From positions 288,001 to 352,000 of the forward strand of contig CAVYXA010000001.1 of NCBI GenBank assembly GCA_963772365.1: a stretch of 64,000 bases of DNA, in the 5' to 3' direction. Within the stretch, counting starts at the first letter, position 1. Every line of letters starts with the position of its first letter. Origin of the DNA: an uncultured Verrucomicrobiae bacterium (GTDB lineage: Bacteria; Verrucomicrobiota; Verrucomicrobiia; Chthoniobacterales; UBA10450). Below are positions 18,622 to 28,792 of the stretch, piece by piece. The notes beneath the pieces were generated by a model. The model was given only the letters and a program-made list of their open reading frames with translations. It was not told where the DNA came from and did no database searches. Position numbers and translations under genes: made by a program.

Positions 18622-19404
18622 ATGCTTTTTGGTTTCCTGAAGCAACGCCGAAGACACTGGTTGCGATCCCAGCCGTTCCGCAGTGAATGGATGCAAACGG
18701 TGACACGTAACCTCCCTTTTTTTCACAGGCTTTCCGGAGCCGATCAGGCCGAGCTTCTGGGGCACATCCAGGTGTTTCTCGCGGAGAAACGGTTCGAAGG
18801 TTGTGACGGTCTGGAACTCAGTGACGAGATGCGCGTCACCATCGCAGCCCAGGCGTGCCTCCTTCTTTTGCATCGCAAAACGGATTATTTCCCGCGGCTG
18901 GTTACAATTCTCGTTTATCCTTCGGCTTACATGGTCGATCAGCACCGGCATGTGGAAGGTCCGATCTGGGAAGAAGGAAAAATGGCGCGTTTGGGAGAGA
19001 GCGGTCAACGAATGGGGACCGTTGTTCTGGCATGGGACGCAGTGCAATCCGGCGCGGCTGACCCGGGGGATGGCAAGAACCTCGTCGTGCATGAGTTTGC
19101 GCATCTGCTCGATTACGAAAACGATGCCGCTGATGGCGCGCCTGCATTGGCAACTCGGGAACAACAAACGTCGTGGCGAGATGTGATGAGAATGGAGTTT
19201 GCATCGTTGCGAGCCGCGGACGAAACGGGCATTCCCATGCTCCTCGACAATTACGGCGCGACTAACCCAGCGGAATTTTTCGCTGTCGCAACGGAAGCTT
19301 TTTTTGAGCGTCCTAGGTCGCTCCGGGCCTATCACCCGAAGTTGTACGCCGAATTGACGGGATATTTTCAGCAGGACCCGACCGAATATTCCGCTGAACG
19401 CTAA
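18622..19404 (+). CDS. Zinc-dependent peptidase, MtfA/M90 family
   Basis: IAAQACL, ILVYP, NLVVHEFAH.LD and YGATNPAEFFAV.TEAFFE motifs. Confidence 0.92.
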   Translation: MLFGFLKQRRRHWLRSQPFRSEWMQTVTRNLPFFHRLSGADQAELLGHIQVFLAEKRFEGCDGLELSDEMRVTIAAQACLLLLHRKTDYFPRLVTILVYPSAYMVDQHRHVEGPIWEEGKMARLGESGQRMGTVVLAWDAVQSGAADPGDGKNLVVHEFAHLLDYENDAADGAPALATREQQTSWRDVMRMEFASLRAADETGIPMLLDNYGATNPAEFFAVATEAFFERPRSLRAYHPKLYAELTGYFQQDPTEYSAER

Positions 19405-20387
19405 TTCGATACTGAACCGACCAGCTCGCAGAATTTTCCGATGTCGATGTTACCACCCGAGATTATGGCCACGATCGGACCTTTGCCTGCTTTGCCACTT
19501 AAAGCTGCCGCGAGCGCCAGCGCGCCTGCGCCTTCTGAGATCACTCGCGCTTTTTCCGCCAGCAACCGCATCGCTTTCTTTGTCTCTTCCAAAGTGACGA
19601 CAATATAATCGTCCACCACCGGCTGCATCCGTTCCCACATTCGAGGAAACATGCTCTGGCCGCCGGCGCCATCGACAAACGATGCCTTCCAATTCTTGAA
19701 AACCTGCGGCGAACCCATCTCGAACGAAAGCGCAGCGGGCGCAGCCGTCTCCGGTTCAACGCCGAAAATTTTCACGTTCGGTTTGAGGGCTTTAATTGCG
19801 CTCCCCACACCGGTGATCAGCCCGCCACCACCGATCCCCGCGATGACCGCTGCCGTGTCCGGCGCATCATCCAGAATCTCGATCCCCATCGTGCCGTGGC
19901 CGGCGATGAAATTGTGATCGTCGAAGGGATGAACAAATGTTCCTTCCACTCCGGGAAACGCGCGTGCTTCCAGCGCGTTCCAGGCGGCATCGTAGGAAAC
20001 TAGAACTAACTTCGTGCCGAGCGCGCGCATCCTGTCGACCTTCGATTGCGGCGCGGTCTCGATGGCAACGACCGTGCACGGAATACCAGCTTGCCTCGCC
20101 GCGTAGGCAACACCCTGGCCGGCATTTCCGGCGCTGATTGTCCAAACGCCGCGCTTCCGCTCCGAATCAGAAAGCATCGCCACGGCATTGGCCGCGCCGC
20201 GCAGTTTGTAAGCATTGATTGGCTGCAGATTTTCGAGCTTGAGCCGAATATCCGGGAAGTCCGCGCCCAGCTCCAAGCGCACCAATGGTGTGCGCACAAT
20301 CGTTTCGCCAATTCGCTCTTGCGCCTCCTGGATTTCGCGCAGGCCGATTGGACGAACAGATTCAAGATTCATGGAATCAATGGTCAT
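19401..20387 (-). CDS. PLP-dependent threonine/serine dehydratase family protein
   Basis: KLENLQ...AYKLRGA, SAGNAGQG, GGGGL and SGGN motifs. Confidence 0.9.
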   Translation of the reverse strand: MTIDSMNLESVRPIGLREIQEAQERIGETIVRTPLVRLELGADFPDIRLKLENLQPINAYKLRGAANAVAMLSDSERKRGVWTISAGNAGQGVAYAARQAGIPCTVVAIETAPQSKVDRMRALGTKLVLVSYDAAWNALEARAFPGVEGTFVHPFDDHNFIAGHGTMGIEILDDAPDTAAVIAGIGGGGLITGVGSAIKALKPNVKIFGVEPETAAPAALSFEMGSPQVFKNWKASFVDGAGGQSMFPRMWERMQPVVDDYIVVTLEETKKAMRLLAEKARVISEGAGALALAAALSGKAGKGPIVAIISGGNIDIGKFCELVGSVSN

Positions 20388-21107
20388 TTATCGATTCAGA
20401 TTTAATTGGGCGAGAATTTCAGGATCGCGCACATCGGCCCATTCGCCAGTCAGCTCAATGACTTGAATTTTTTTCCCGGATTTGGCCAGATCGCGAATCG
20501 CATCGGTCAATTCATACTCGCCGCGAGGCGACGGTTTCAGTTTTGCGGTGAACTCGAAAATGCTGGCTCGAAATGCATACAGGCCCGCGTTATACCACGG
20601 GCTGGTTGCCTCGCCGGGTTTAGACTTTTCGCGAAGATCGACAAGTTCCATATTATCGTTCACGAACACTGCGCCACCTTTACTGACATCTTCATCCCGC
20701 CGCACAGTGACGATCGCCTCGACCTCATCCGGAAGATCGACAACTTTCTTGTAATTGGCGGGATCGGCCAGGATATCGCCGTAAGCGAGAACAAACGCGG
20801 AATCGCCGGCGAAATTGCGCGCAAGATCCACCACGCGGCCGGTGCCGTCTTGAACGATCTGGGTCGCGTATTGGATGTCGATGTTGTAGCGAGAGCCGTC
20901 GCCAAAAAAATTCTGAACGGCATCGGCCCGATAACCGACGACGATGAGGAAGCGTTGGATTCCGGCATCGCGCAAGCCTTCAACGAGGGATTGCAAAACA
21001 GGTTTCCCGCGGACCTCGATCATCGGTTTCGGTAACTCGTTCGTGAGCTCGCGCATTCGGGTCCCACGCCCGGCTGCGAGCAAAACTGCCTGATCGATTC
21101 TGCTCAC
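20388..21107 (-). CDS. Sugar-phosphate nucleotidyltransferase
   Basis: LLAAGRGTRM..LT...PKP and SPRGEYELTDA motifs. Confidence 0.92.
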   Translation of the reverse strand: MSRIDQAVLLAAGRGTRMRELTNELPKPMIEVRGKPVLQSLVEGLRDAGIQRFLIVVGYRADAVQNFFGDGSRYNIDIQYATQIVQDGTGRVVDLARNFAGDSAFVLAYGDILADPANYKKVVDLPDEVEAIVTVRRDEDVSKGGAVFVNDNMELVDLREKSKPGEATSPWYNAGLYAFRASIFEFTAKLKPSPRGEYELTDAIRDLAKSGKKIQVIELTGEWADVRDPEILAQLNLNR

Positions 21108-21150
21108 GAAATCAACGTCACCCTCGTGCCACTGATGCGATCTCCCAGCT

Positions 21151-21320
21151 TGTCATTCTGAGCGAAGCGAAGAATGGAGCGAATGGGATGAGCGACATGG
21201 GCTGTAAGGCCGCAAGGGTAGCGGCGAGTAAGTCGGGAGACGAACGAGTTCAATCTCCGATCATTCCGCTGGAATGTGCAAAAGAATAGCTTGAGATGTT
21301 TCGCTTCGCTCAACATGACA
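21151..21320. mobile_element. 170-bp REP/MITE-like element with 21-bp terminal inverted repeats
   Basis: TGTCATTCTGAGCGAAGCGAA ... TTCGCTTCGCTCAACATGACA (19/21 complementary); intergenic. Confidence 0.7.
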
Positions 21321-21328
21321 GTAAGGCA

Positions 21329-24300
21329 TCAACTTTTGCTTTCCGTAATGATGATCGCCGGCAGGTCCGCTTGTTTGATGAGATTACTCACCTTTGGAAC
21401 TTCCTGCGATTTGATCTGAGCCCAGTTTTTCAACTGCTCCTCTAATTTGCCACTGAGTAATTTGAAAACCTCCAACTGCTGCCTGGTTGGTTCGTTGTCG
21501 CCGGCTTCGATGAAATGACTAAAGCTGTCGAATCGCTCGTTCAGCATATTGGGAAACGCGAGGTTCGCTTCCGATCCCTTCATGTTTACCTGAATCAGTT
21601 GTTCTTCGACTGGAGACATCTTTTTATCGAGTTCATCCGCTGCGGCGAGCGCCGGTTTCACTCGTGCTTCTTCATTATACCGTTGATGGAGAGATTTGAT
21701 CTGGGATCTCACTGCGCGAATTTCGTTAACGGCCTGATGAAGTTGAGAAATCCGATTCTTTACCTGCATCGACAATGCAAACTGCTTTTGCAATGCCGGC
21801 TCGGCGTCCGGCAGCTGCCGGGTGCGCGGGTCGATCGCCAGATGCAGCGGCACCGTCTGAGATTTACCGGCGGCCGTTAACTTCACCTGGTAATCGCCTG
21901 GCAGGGCGAGCGGCCCTTTCGGTCCGTTCCCAGAATAGAACGCGCCCGGTATCTGGATCGGATCATCATAACGCAAATCCCACGCGAAACGATTCATGCC
22001 GTCATGCGCCGGAATGGTCTTGGCGTGCTCGACTCGATCTGGCCATTCCGGCGGTTGCTCGCCTTCTTGTTTCTCCTTGTTCGACAAATGTCGGACGAGT
22101 TTCCCGCCGGCATCCAGGATGTCGATGGTAACTTCATCGTTCGGCGCAGTTTTGAAATAATAATCGATGATCGCGCCGGGCGGTGGGTTATCGCCGACCG
22201 GGCGGCGTTTATCGAACTCTTCGGGGTAATGCAATCGCAGCGCAGTTTGCGGTTCGTAAAGCAGCACATCGGCCTTCGCCTTTTCCGAATTAATCTGGCG
22301 CAGCGGCGTAACATCGTCGAGGACCCAGAAAGAACGTCCGTGCGTGGCCACTACAAGATCATCGTCCTTAACGACCAAATCGTGAATCGGCGTGATTGGG
22401 AGATTCAACTCCAACGGTTGCCAATGTGCGCCATCGTCAAACGAAACAAACACGCCGAGCTCCGTGCCCGCGAAAAGCAAGCCGCGTCGCCTTGGATCCT
22501 CGCGAACAGCATGAACATAAGCGCCGTCCGGAATTCCGTTCATGATCGCCTTCCAAGTTTTTCCCAGATCAGCCGTCTTAAAGATGTAGGGCTTGAAATC
22601 ATCGAGCTTATGTCGATCCACTGCGATGTAGGCGGTGCTGCCATCATGCGGTGAAGCATCGATAAGATCGACAGTGCTCCATTCCGGCATTTTCGGCGTC
22701 ACGTTCGACCAGTGCTGTCCATCGTCTGTGCTCAACTGGACCAAGCCATCGTCCGTTCCGGCCCAAAGAATTCCCGTTTTCACGGGCGATTCGGCCAAGG
22801 CGAAAATGGTGTCGTAATATTCGACCGAAGTGATGTCGTTAGTGATCGGGCCGCCGCTGGGCTGCTGCTTGCTCTTATCATTGCGAGTGAGATCGCCGCT
22901 GATCTGCGCCCAGCTTTGGCCGTGATCGGTCGATTTGAAGACGCACTCGCCTGCGGTGTAAAGCACATCGGGATTATGCGGTGAGAGCATGAGCGGCGAG
23001 ACCCACTGAAATCGATGGACCAGATCGGCGGCGCCGTGCCCGGAATTGTCGAGGGGCCACGGACTGATGTCGTGCACTTCCTCTTTGCTCTTGTCGTAAC
23101 GAACGGCGAAACCTTCGCTGTTTGAATAGATGATGTGCCAGTCGCGCGGATCGGGCACGACAAAGCCGCATTCGCCATCGCCCGCTTGAAACCAGTTCTC
23201 GCGGCCGATCACACCGGAATCAGTCCGACTGGCGATGCCGACGTTCGAGTTATCCTGTTGCGCACCGTAAATGTGATACGGAAACGCGTTATCAACGGCG
23301 ACGTGATAAAATTGCGCGGTAGGCTGATTATTCTGGAGCGTCCAATTCTTTCCGCCGTCGGTCGAAATGCTCGCGCCGCCATCGCTGACGTTCGCAATCC
23401 GCTCCGGATCGTTCGGATCGATCCAGAGGCCATGATGGTCGCCATGTCGCGCGGGCAGCAGAGTGAAATTTTTCCCGCCATCAACCGATCGGAACAAACC
23501 AGTGTTCAAGAGATATACCGTGTCTGCCGACTTCGGATCGGCGTAAACTTTGCTGAAATACCAAGCGCGCTGCCGGAATCGACCATCCTCGTTCACGCGC
23601 GTCCATTTCTGGCCCGCATCGTCCGATCGAAACAGGCCGCCTTCTTTGGCTTCGATAATCGCATAAACGCGGTTTGAATCCGCGCCCGAAACGGCCACAC
23701 CGATGCGCCCAAGAATTCCATCCGGAAGACCATTGCCTTCGAGACGTTTCCAAGTCACGCCGTTATCATCGGAGCGGTAAAGACCGCTGCCCGGACCGCC
23801 GCTGGAGAAGAACCAGGGTTGCCGTCTTGTCTGCCAAAGCGCAGCGAACACAATGTTCGAATTGTGTGGATCGAACACAACATCGATACCGCCGGTGTTT
23901 TCGTCTTTGAACAGAACGTTAGTCCAGGTTTTGCCACCGTCGCCGGTGCGAAAAATTCCGCGCTCTTTATTTGGCCCAAAGGCATGTCCTAACGCCGCCA
24001 CCAGCGCGACGTCGGCATTGTGAGGATCGACAATTAACGCGCCGATCTGGTGAGTATCGCGAAGACCGACATTTTTCCAGGTCTTGCCGGCATCAATGGA
24101 TTTATAAACTCCAGTTCCGTAAGTGATATTGCCGCGGATTGCCGCTTCGCCCGTTCCAACATAAATCACGTTGTGATCCGATGGCGCCACGGCGATCGCG
24201 CCAATCGAAGAGATGTCTTCCTTATCAAAGAGCGGTTGCCACGTCGCGCCGCCATCGATTGTTTTCCAAACACCGCCTGCTACGGCACCGAAATAGTACG

Positions 24301-24568
24301 TGCCCGGGTCCCCCGGAACACCTTCGACCGCTAGCGCGCGTCCACCGCGAAACGGCCCGATCTGCCGCCATTGCATTCCGTTAAATAATTTTTCATCAAA
24401 AAGAGCGGCTGGCGCGGGTAATGGCTTCGCGGTTGACGTCGGGGTCGTTGCAGAGTGAGTGCCCGGACCGCCGCCCCGGATTGGAGTGGGTTTTGCCGCG
24501 AAACAAATCGACCCGGCGATAACGAAAACGGGGAGCAGAGTGATTCGACGAAATCTGGAGTTAAGCAT
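21329..24568 (-). CDS. BNR/Asp-box repeat (VPS10/sortilin-like) glycosyl hydrolase
   Basis: Signal peptide, WR.IGPFRGGR, many S.D.G.TW boxes and HGDHH. Confidence 0.9.
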   Translation of the reverse strand: MLNSRFRRITLLPVFVIAGSICFAAKPTPIRGGGPGTHSATTPTSTAKPLPAPAALFDEKLFNGMQWRQIGPFRGGRALAVEGVPGDPGTYYFGAVAGGVWKTIDGGATWQPLFDKEDISSIGAIAVAPSDHNVIYVGTGEAAIRGNITYGTGVYKSIDAGKTWKNVGLRDTHQIGALIVDPHNADVALVAALGHAFGPNKERGIFRTGDGGKTWTNVLFKDENTGGIDVVFDPHNSNIVFAALWQTRRQPWFFSSGGPGSGLYRSDDNGVTWKRLEGNGLPDGILGRIGVAVSGADSNRVYAIIEAKEGGLFRSDDAGQKWTRVNEDGRFRQRAWYFSKVYADPKSADTVYLLNTGLFRSVDGGKNFTLLPARHGDHHGLWIDPNDPERIANVSDGGASISTDGGKNWTLQNNQPTAQFYHVAVDNAFPYHIYGAQQDNSNVGIASRTDSGVIGRENWFQAGDGECGFVVPDPRDWHIIYSNSEGFAVRYDKSKEEVHDISPWPLDNSGHGAADLVHRFQWVSPLMLSPHNPDVLYTAGECVFKSTDHGQSWAQISGDLTRNDKSKQQPSGGPITNDITSVEYYDTIFALAESPVKTGILWAGTDDGLVQLSTDDGQHWSNVTPKMPEWSTVDLIDASPHDGSTAYIAVDRHKLDDFKPYIFKTADLGKTWKAIMNGIPDGAYVHAVREDPRRRGLLFAGTELGVFVSFDDGAHWQPLELNLPITPIHDLVVKDDDLVVATHGRSFWVLDDVTPLRQINSEKAKADVLLYEPQTALRLHYPEEFDKRRPVGDNPPPGAIIDYYFKTAPNDEVTIDILDAGGKLVRHLSNKEKQEGEQPPEWPDRVEHAKTIPAHDGMNRFAWDLRYDDPIQIPGAFYSGNGPKGPLALPGDYQVKLTAAGKSQTVPLHLAIDPRTRQLPDAEPALQKQFALSMQVKNRISQLHQAVNEIRAVRSQIKSLHQRYNEEARVKPALAAADELDKKMSPVEEQLIQVNMKGSEANLAFPNMLNERFDSFSHFIEAGDNEPTRQQLEVFKLLSGKLEEQLKNWAQIKSQEVPKVSNLIKQADLPAIIITESKS

Positions 24569-24656
24569 TCGCTAAGGTGAAAGGCTTACGCCGCCATTCA
24601 ACTGTAATCTAGCAGGTAACCTTTTTGCTGGGGCGCGACCGCCGGGCGCGCCTCCA

Positions 24657-27002
24657 TCAGGTCCGGGGCGCGAGCGGATTTGCGGCTGCGGTCTGTTGAG
24701 TTATCTCTCGCCGCAATGCCGTTGCGCCACCGCCGCGCAGACGCGTCCACCAAAGCACGATGGGCGAGGCGATGAAGATCGACGAATAGGTTCCCACGAT
24801 CACGCCGATGATAATGGCTAGCGCGAAATCACGCAGAACTGCGCCGCCGAGGAAAAACAGACACAAGATTGGAATCAGAGTGGAACCGCTAGTCAGGATC
24901 GTCCGGCTCAGCGTCTGATTCACGCTATCGTTCATGATTTGCTCGATGGATCCTTTCCGTCCGCTGGCCAAACCTTCTCGGATTCGATCGTAGACGACGA
25001 TTGTGTCGTTGATCGAATAACCGGCGACAGTTAGTACCGCGCCGACGATGGGGAGACTCAATTCTCGTCCAAGAATCGCAAACATTCCGACTGTGATCAG
25101 GACATCATGAAGCAAGGCGACAATCGCTCCCACCGCGAACGAAAGCTCAAAACGAAATGTGACGTAAATTAAAATGCCAAAAATGCCGAGCCCGAGCGCA
25201 ATTAATGAAGTTCGAGCCAGCTCACCTCCAACTAACGCACCCACTCGTTCCGAGCCTTCAATCCGGAGATCGGCGCCCGGCATATTTTGGGTGAGTTGTT
25301 GTTCGACTTTATCGCTCGTGTTTAGCGCCGTACGCACGGTGATGTAACTTCGTGCTCCCTGCTGTGATTCCTGGATTAAAGCATCGGCAAACCCGATCGG
25401 GCGAAGTGTATTGCGGACCTGACCGATGTCGATCTTATGTGCGGCACTTAAAGTCACCAAATCGCCGCCCCGGAAGTCGACTCCGAAATTCTTCTCGCCT
25501 CGCGAGCAGAACACGACCGCGCACGCTATGATCAGGGCGAGCGAGCACATGCAGGCTAGAAAGCCTTTCCCCAGAAAGTTAATATTTTTGGCGGAGATCA
25601 AATGGAGCATCGAGATCCGTTTGAGTCGTCCGGCATCGACCAGCCAACCCAGAGCGTTCTTGCCCACAATCAAAGCCGTAAAGAGAGAAGCCAGAATGCC
25701 GAGGGTCAGTGTGATGGCGAAACCTTTGACGGGTCCGGTCGCTTTCCAAAACAGAATGGCGGCGGTGATTAGTGTAGTGACGTTGGCGTCGAAGATTGAG
25801 CTGAACGCTTTGTTGTAAGCGGCAGGCATTGCCGCCTTGAGCGATTTGCCGGAAGCCATTTCCTCACGAAGACGTTCGTAAATCAGGACGCTAGCGTCCA
25901 CTGCCATGCCGATGGTCAAAATGATTCCAGCGATTCCGGGCAAAGTAAGCACAAACCGAAACATGGTGAGCGCGCCTAACAGCAGGATCAGGTTGATGAT
26001 CAGCATCAGGTTCACCACCAGGCCGGCGAATTTGTAATAGACCAAGACGCAAAAGAGCGTGATGGCCAGGCCTATCAAACCGGCGATCACGCTTACCCGA
26101 ATCGAGTCCATACCCAGCGTGGGCGAAACGCTTCGCTCCTCTTCGATGCTCACCGGCGTTTGCAGCGGATTCTCCAAAACACTGGACAGCCCCCGCGCTT
26201 CTTGTTCAGTGAAATTTCCCGTAATCTGAGCGTCGCCGCCGTAGATTGCCGTGCGGATTACGGGCGCAGATTGAATGACTCCGTCGAGCACAATAGCGAA
26301 GCGATGACCGACGTTGGCTGCGGTAATGTCCCCAAATATTTTGGCGCCTTCGCTATCGAACTTCATGTTAACGGCCCAGCCTTCATTGCCGTAATAGGCG
26401 TGGGACTCGGAAACGTGATTGCCGGTCAGGTCTGCTTTTTTCTTTACCAGAAGACGTTCTTCCTTCGGCGGTTCGTTCTCTTCGGTATGAATCTTGTAAG
26501 TCTCAATGCGGTACTCGGGCGGAATAACCTGTTTGCCTTCGTCGATCTCTTTCAGTCGAGTGCCGTTATCGGGATACACCAGCCGAAATTCCAACTTGGC
26601 CACACGGGAAAGCTGTTCACGCGCTTCCTGAATTTGTGCCGGCTTGAGACCTGGTAACTGAACAAGGATCCGGTCAGCACCGACCGGGCTGATGATTGGT
26701 TCACCCGTACCGAAAAAATCGACGCGTTTGCGGATCACTTCGACCGCCTGATCGAGCATCGCTTTGGTCACTTCCTTGTCGCCTTTGACCAGGCGAATGA
26801 GAAAGGACGTGCCGCCCTTAATATCGAGACCGAGCGTGATCTTATCCTTTGGCGGCCAAATCGTGGCTACACTGAACGCGACCAGCAACACCATCAGCGC
26901 CAGCGCGAGAAGATGCTTCCGCAAGCCCATATCGGTGGCGAAATACCAGCCGAACAGAACGAGCATTCCCAGACCGATGAAAAATGTGACGAGAGGAGTC
27001 AT
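24657..27002 (-). CDS. secDF: Fused protein translocase subunit SecDF
   Basis: LGLDIKGG, GMAVDA.VLIYER, GVDFRGG and GYSINDTIVVYDRIRE motifs. Confidence 0.96.
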   Translation of the reverse strand: MTPLVTFFIGLGMLVLFGWYFATDMGLRKHLLALALMVLLVAFSVATIWPPKDKITLGLDIKGGTSFLIRLVKGDKEVTKAMLDQAVEVIRKRVDFFGTGEPIISPVGADRILVQLPGLKPAQIQEAREQLSRVAKLEFRLVYPDNGTRLKEIDEGKQVIPPEYRIETYKIHTEENEPPKEERLLVKKKADLTGNHVSESHAYYGNEGWAVNMKFDSEGAKIFGDITAANVGHRFAIVLDGVIQSAPVIRTAIYGGDAQITGNFTEQEARGLSSVLENPLQTPVSIEEERSVSPTLGMDSIRVSVIAGLIGLAITLFCVLVYYKFAGLVVNLMLIINLILLLGALTMFRFVLTLPGIAGIILTIGMAVDASVLIYERLREEMASGKSLKAAMPAAYNKAFSSIFDANVTTLITAAILFWKATGPVKGFAITLTLGILASLFTALIVGKNALGWLVDAGRLKRISMLHLISAKNINFLGKGFLACMCSLALIIACAVVFCSRGEKNFGVDFRGGDLVTLSAAHKIDIGQVRNTLRPIGFADALIQESQQGARSYITVRTALNTSDKVEQQLTQNMPGADLRIEGSERVGALVGGELARTSLIALGLGIFGILIYVTFRFELSFAVGAIVALLHDVLITVGMFAILGRELSLPIVGAVLTVAGYSINDTIVVYDRIREGLASGRKGSIEQIMNDSVNQTLSRTILTSGSTLIPILCLFFLGGAVLRDFALAIIIGVIVGTYSSIFIASPIVLWWTRLRGGGATALRREITQQTAAANPLAPRT

Positions 27003-27047
27003 CAGAAGTTCGAAGGTTGATGTCTGATGTTTGAGGTTTTCATCCGA

Positions 27048-27368
27048 TCAACTCTCGGCCGTTTTCAAGACGTTCGTTACGGCGGATTTCTCAATCTCGA
27101 TCTTTACGTTATCAGCCACTTTCAGCAATACGGTCGTTTCCTTCACGTTAGAGATGAGGCCGTGAATCCCCGCACTCGTCACGACCCGATCACCTGTTTT
27201 TAAAGCTGAGACCAGTCGTTTCTGTTCGTCCTGCCGCTTCTTTTGCGGACGGATCATCACAAAATACATGATGACGAAGATGAAGATCAGCGGCACGAAA
27301 AAGCCGAACCCGCCGCCGGGGCTCGGCGCTGCGGGAGAAGCGGCTTGCGCTAGCATCAACGAAATCAT
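27048..27368 (-). CDS. yajC: Preprotein translocase subunit YajC
   Basis: YF.MIRPQKKR...L..GDRVVT.AGIHG; lies between tgt and secDF. Confidence 0.96.
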   Translation of the reverse strand: MISLMLAQAASPAAPSPGGGFGFFVPLIFIFVIMYFVMIRPQKKRQDEQKRLVSALKTGDRVVTSAGIHGLISNVKETTVLLKVADNVKIEIEKSAVTNVLKTAES

Positions 27369-27451
27369 GGGAACGAAGCGGAGCGCACCTTAAACGCGAA
27401 ACTGTTCGGCGCAATTAAGAATCGCGGTCGCTCTGAATTCAAACTGAAGCC

Positions 27452-27533
27452 GCCACAGATTTATACGGATGAAACACAGATGGTCCTTAGAGTCATTCTT
27501 GCACATCCGTGAAAATCCGTGTTCATCTGTGGC
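27452..27533. repeat. Long inverted repeat built from ~10-bp periodic units
   Basis: GCCACAGATTTATACGGATGAAACACAGATG ... CATCCGTGAAAATCCGTGTTCATCTGTGGC. Confidence 0.75.
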
Positions 27534-28678
27534 TAAATGTTTTCCGCAAGATCGACATCGCGGGTTCTGTAATTGGAAACGAATGTCCGGCGAAATTCGT
27601 TGAAGGTGCCATTGTCGATGTTGTCTCGCGCCTGTCGCATCAGATCTAAATAGAAATGTAAGTTATGCAGCGTAATTAAACGAAGACCGAGAATCTCTTC
27701 GGCCTTGATCAAATGGCGGATGTAGCCGCGCGAAAATTCGCGACAGCCATAGCAGGCGCAGTTTTCTTCAATCGGTTTCTTGTCCATTGCGAACTCGGCG
27801 TTTTTCAAATTCATTGTCCCTGTAGATGTGAAGGCCGTTCCGTTGCGCGCGAGTCGCGTCGGCAGAACGCAATCAAACATGTCGATCCCGCGGGCAATCA
27901 TCTCCAGCATTTGCGGCGGCGTGCCCAGCCCCATTGCGTAACGCGGCTTTTCCCTTGGCAAAAACGGTTCGCTCGATTCCACGGCTCGCATCATTTCTTC
28001 CTCCGGCTCGCCCACGCTCACTCCGCCAATGGCATAGCCATCAAAACCAAGATCGACAATCGCCTGCGCGGATTGCTTGCGCAGATCGTCGAATGTGGCG
28101 CCTTGGACGATGCCGAAGATTAACTGCTTTCTAGCAGATTCGGCGTTCGGCGTTCCGCGTTCCGCGTTTTCCTTGCATCTCTTCGCCCAGCGCGTGGTCA
28201 TTTCTGTACTGCGCGTTGCATAATCGCGCTCGCACGGATAAGGCGCGCATTCATCCAGCACCATGGCGATATCGCTTCCAAGCGTCACCTGAATGTCCAT
28301 CGCAATTTCCGGCGAAATAAACGCCGGCGTACCATCGACATGATTCTGAAAATGCGCGCCTTCCTCTGTGATCTTCCGCAGCTTCGCCAACGAAAAGATC
28401 TGGTAGCCGCCGCTGTCGGTCAGAATCGGCCCATCCCAACTCATGAACTTGTGCAGCCCCCCAAAGTGCTGGATCACATCAAGCCCCGGTCGAACGAAGA
28501 GATGATAAGTATTACCGAGAATGATCTGCGCGTTCAGCTCGCGCAGTTCGCGCGGCGTCACGGCCTTGACTGTCCCCTGCGTTCCCACCGGCATGAAAGC
28601 CGGCGTCTCGATCACGCCATGCCCGGTCGTTAACTCTCCGTGGCGTGCTTTTGAATCTTGGCTCAGTAGTTGGAACAC
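27533..28678 (-). CDS. tgt: tRNA guanosine(34) transglycosylase
   Basis: TPAFMPVGT, NTYHL, TDSGG.Q, DCVLPTR..RNG and C.C..C zinc site. Confidence 0.97.
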   Translation of the reverse strand: MFQLLSQDSKARHGELTTGHGVIETPAFMPVGTQGTVKAVTPRELRELNAQIILGNTYHLFVRPGLDVIQHFGGLHKFMSWDGPILTDSGGYQIFSLAKLRKITEEGAHFQNHVDGTPAFISPEIAMDIQVTLGSDIAMVLDECAPYPCERDYATRSTEMTTRWAKRCKENAERGTPNAESARKQLIFGIVQGATFDDLRKQSAQAIVDLGFDGYAIGGVSVGEPEEEMMRAVESSEPFLPREKPRYAMGLGTPPQMLEMIARGIDMFDCVLPTRLARNGTAFTSTGTMNLKNAEFAMDKKPIEENCACYGCREFSRGYIRHLIKAEEILGLRLITLHNLHFYLDLMRQARDNIDNGTFNEFRRTFVSNYRTRDVDLAENI

Positions 28679-28792
28679 GGCTCACCGTGAGCGGGAGGGC
28701 CGTTTATAGCAAATCCGCTCAGCGAATGAGGCGAAAAGAATTCGTTTGCCGGGCTGGCGTTCTTTTTAGTAACAAGGTGGGAACTCCACGAA

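Noticed and set aside
24628..24655. Hairpin after secDF as an intrinsic terminator
   Set aside because: There is no U-tract on the transcribed strand.
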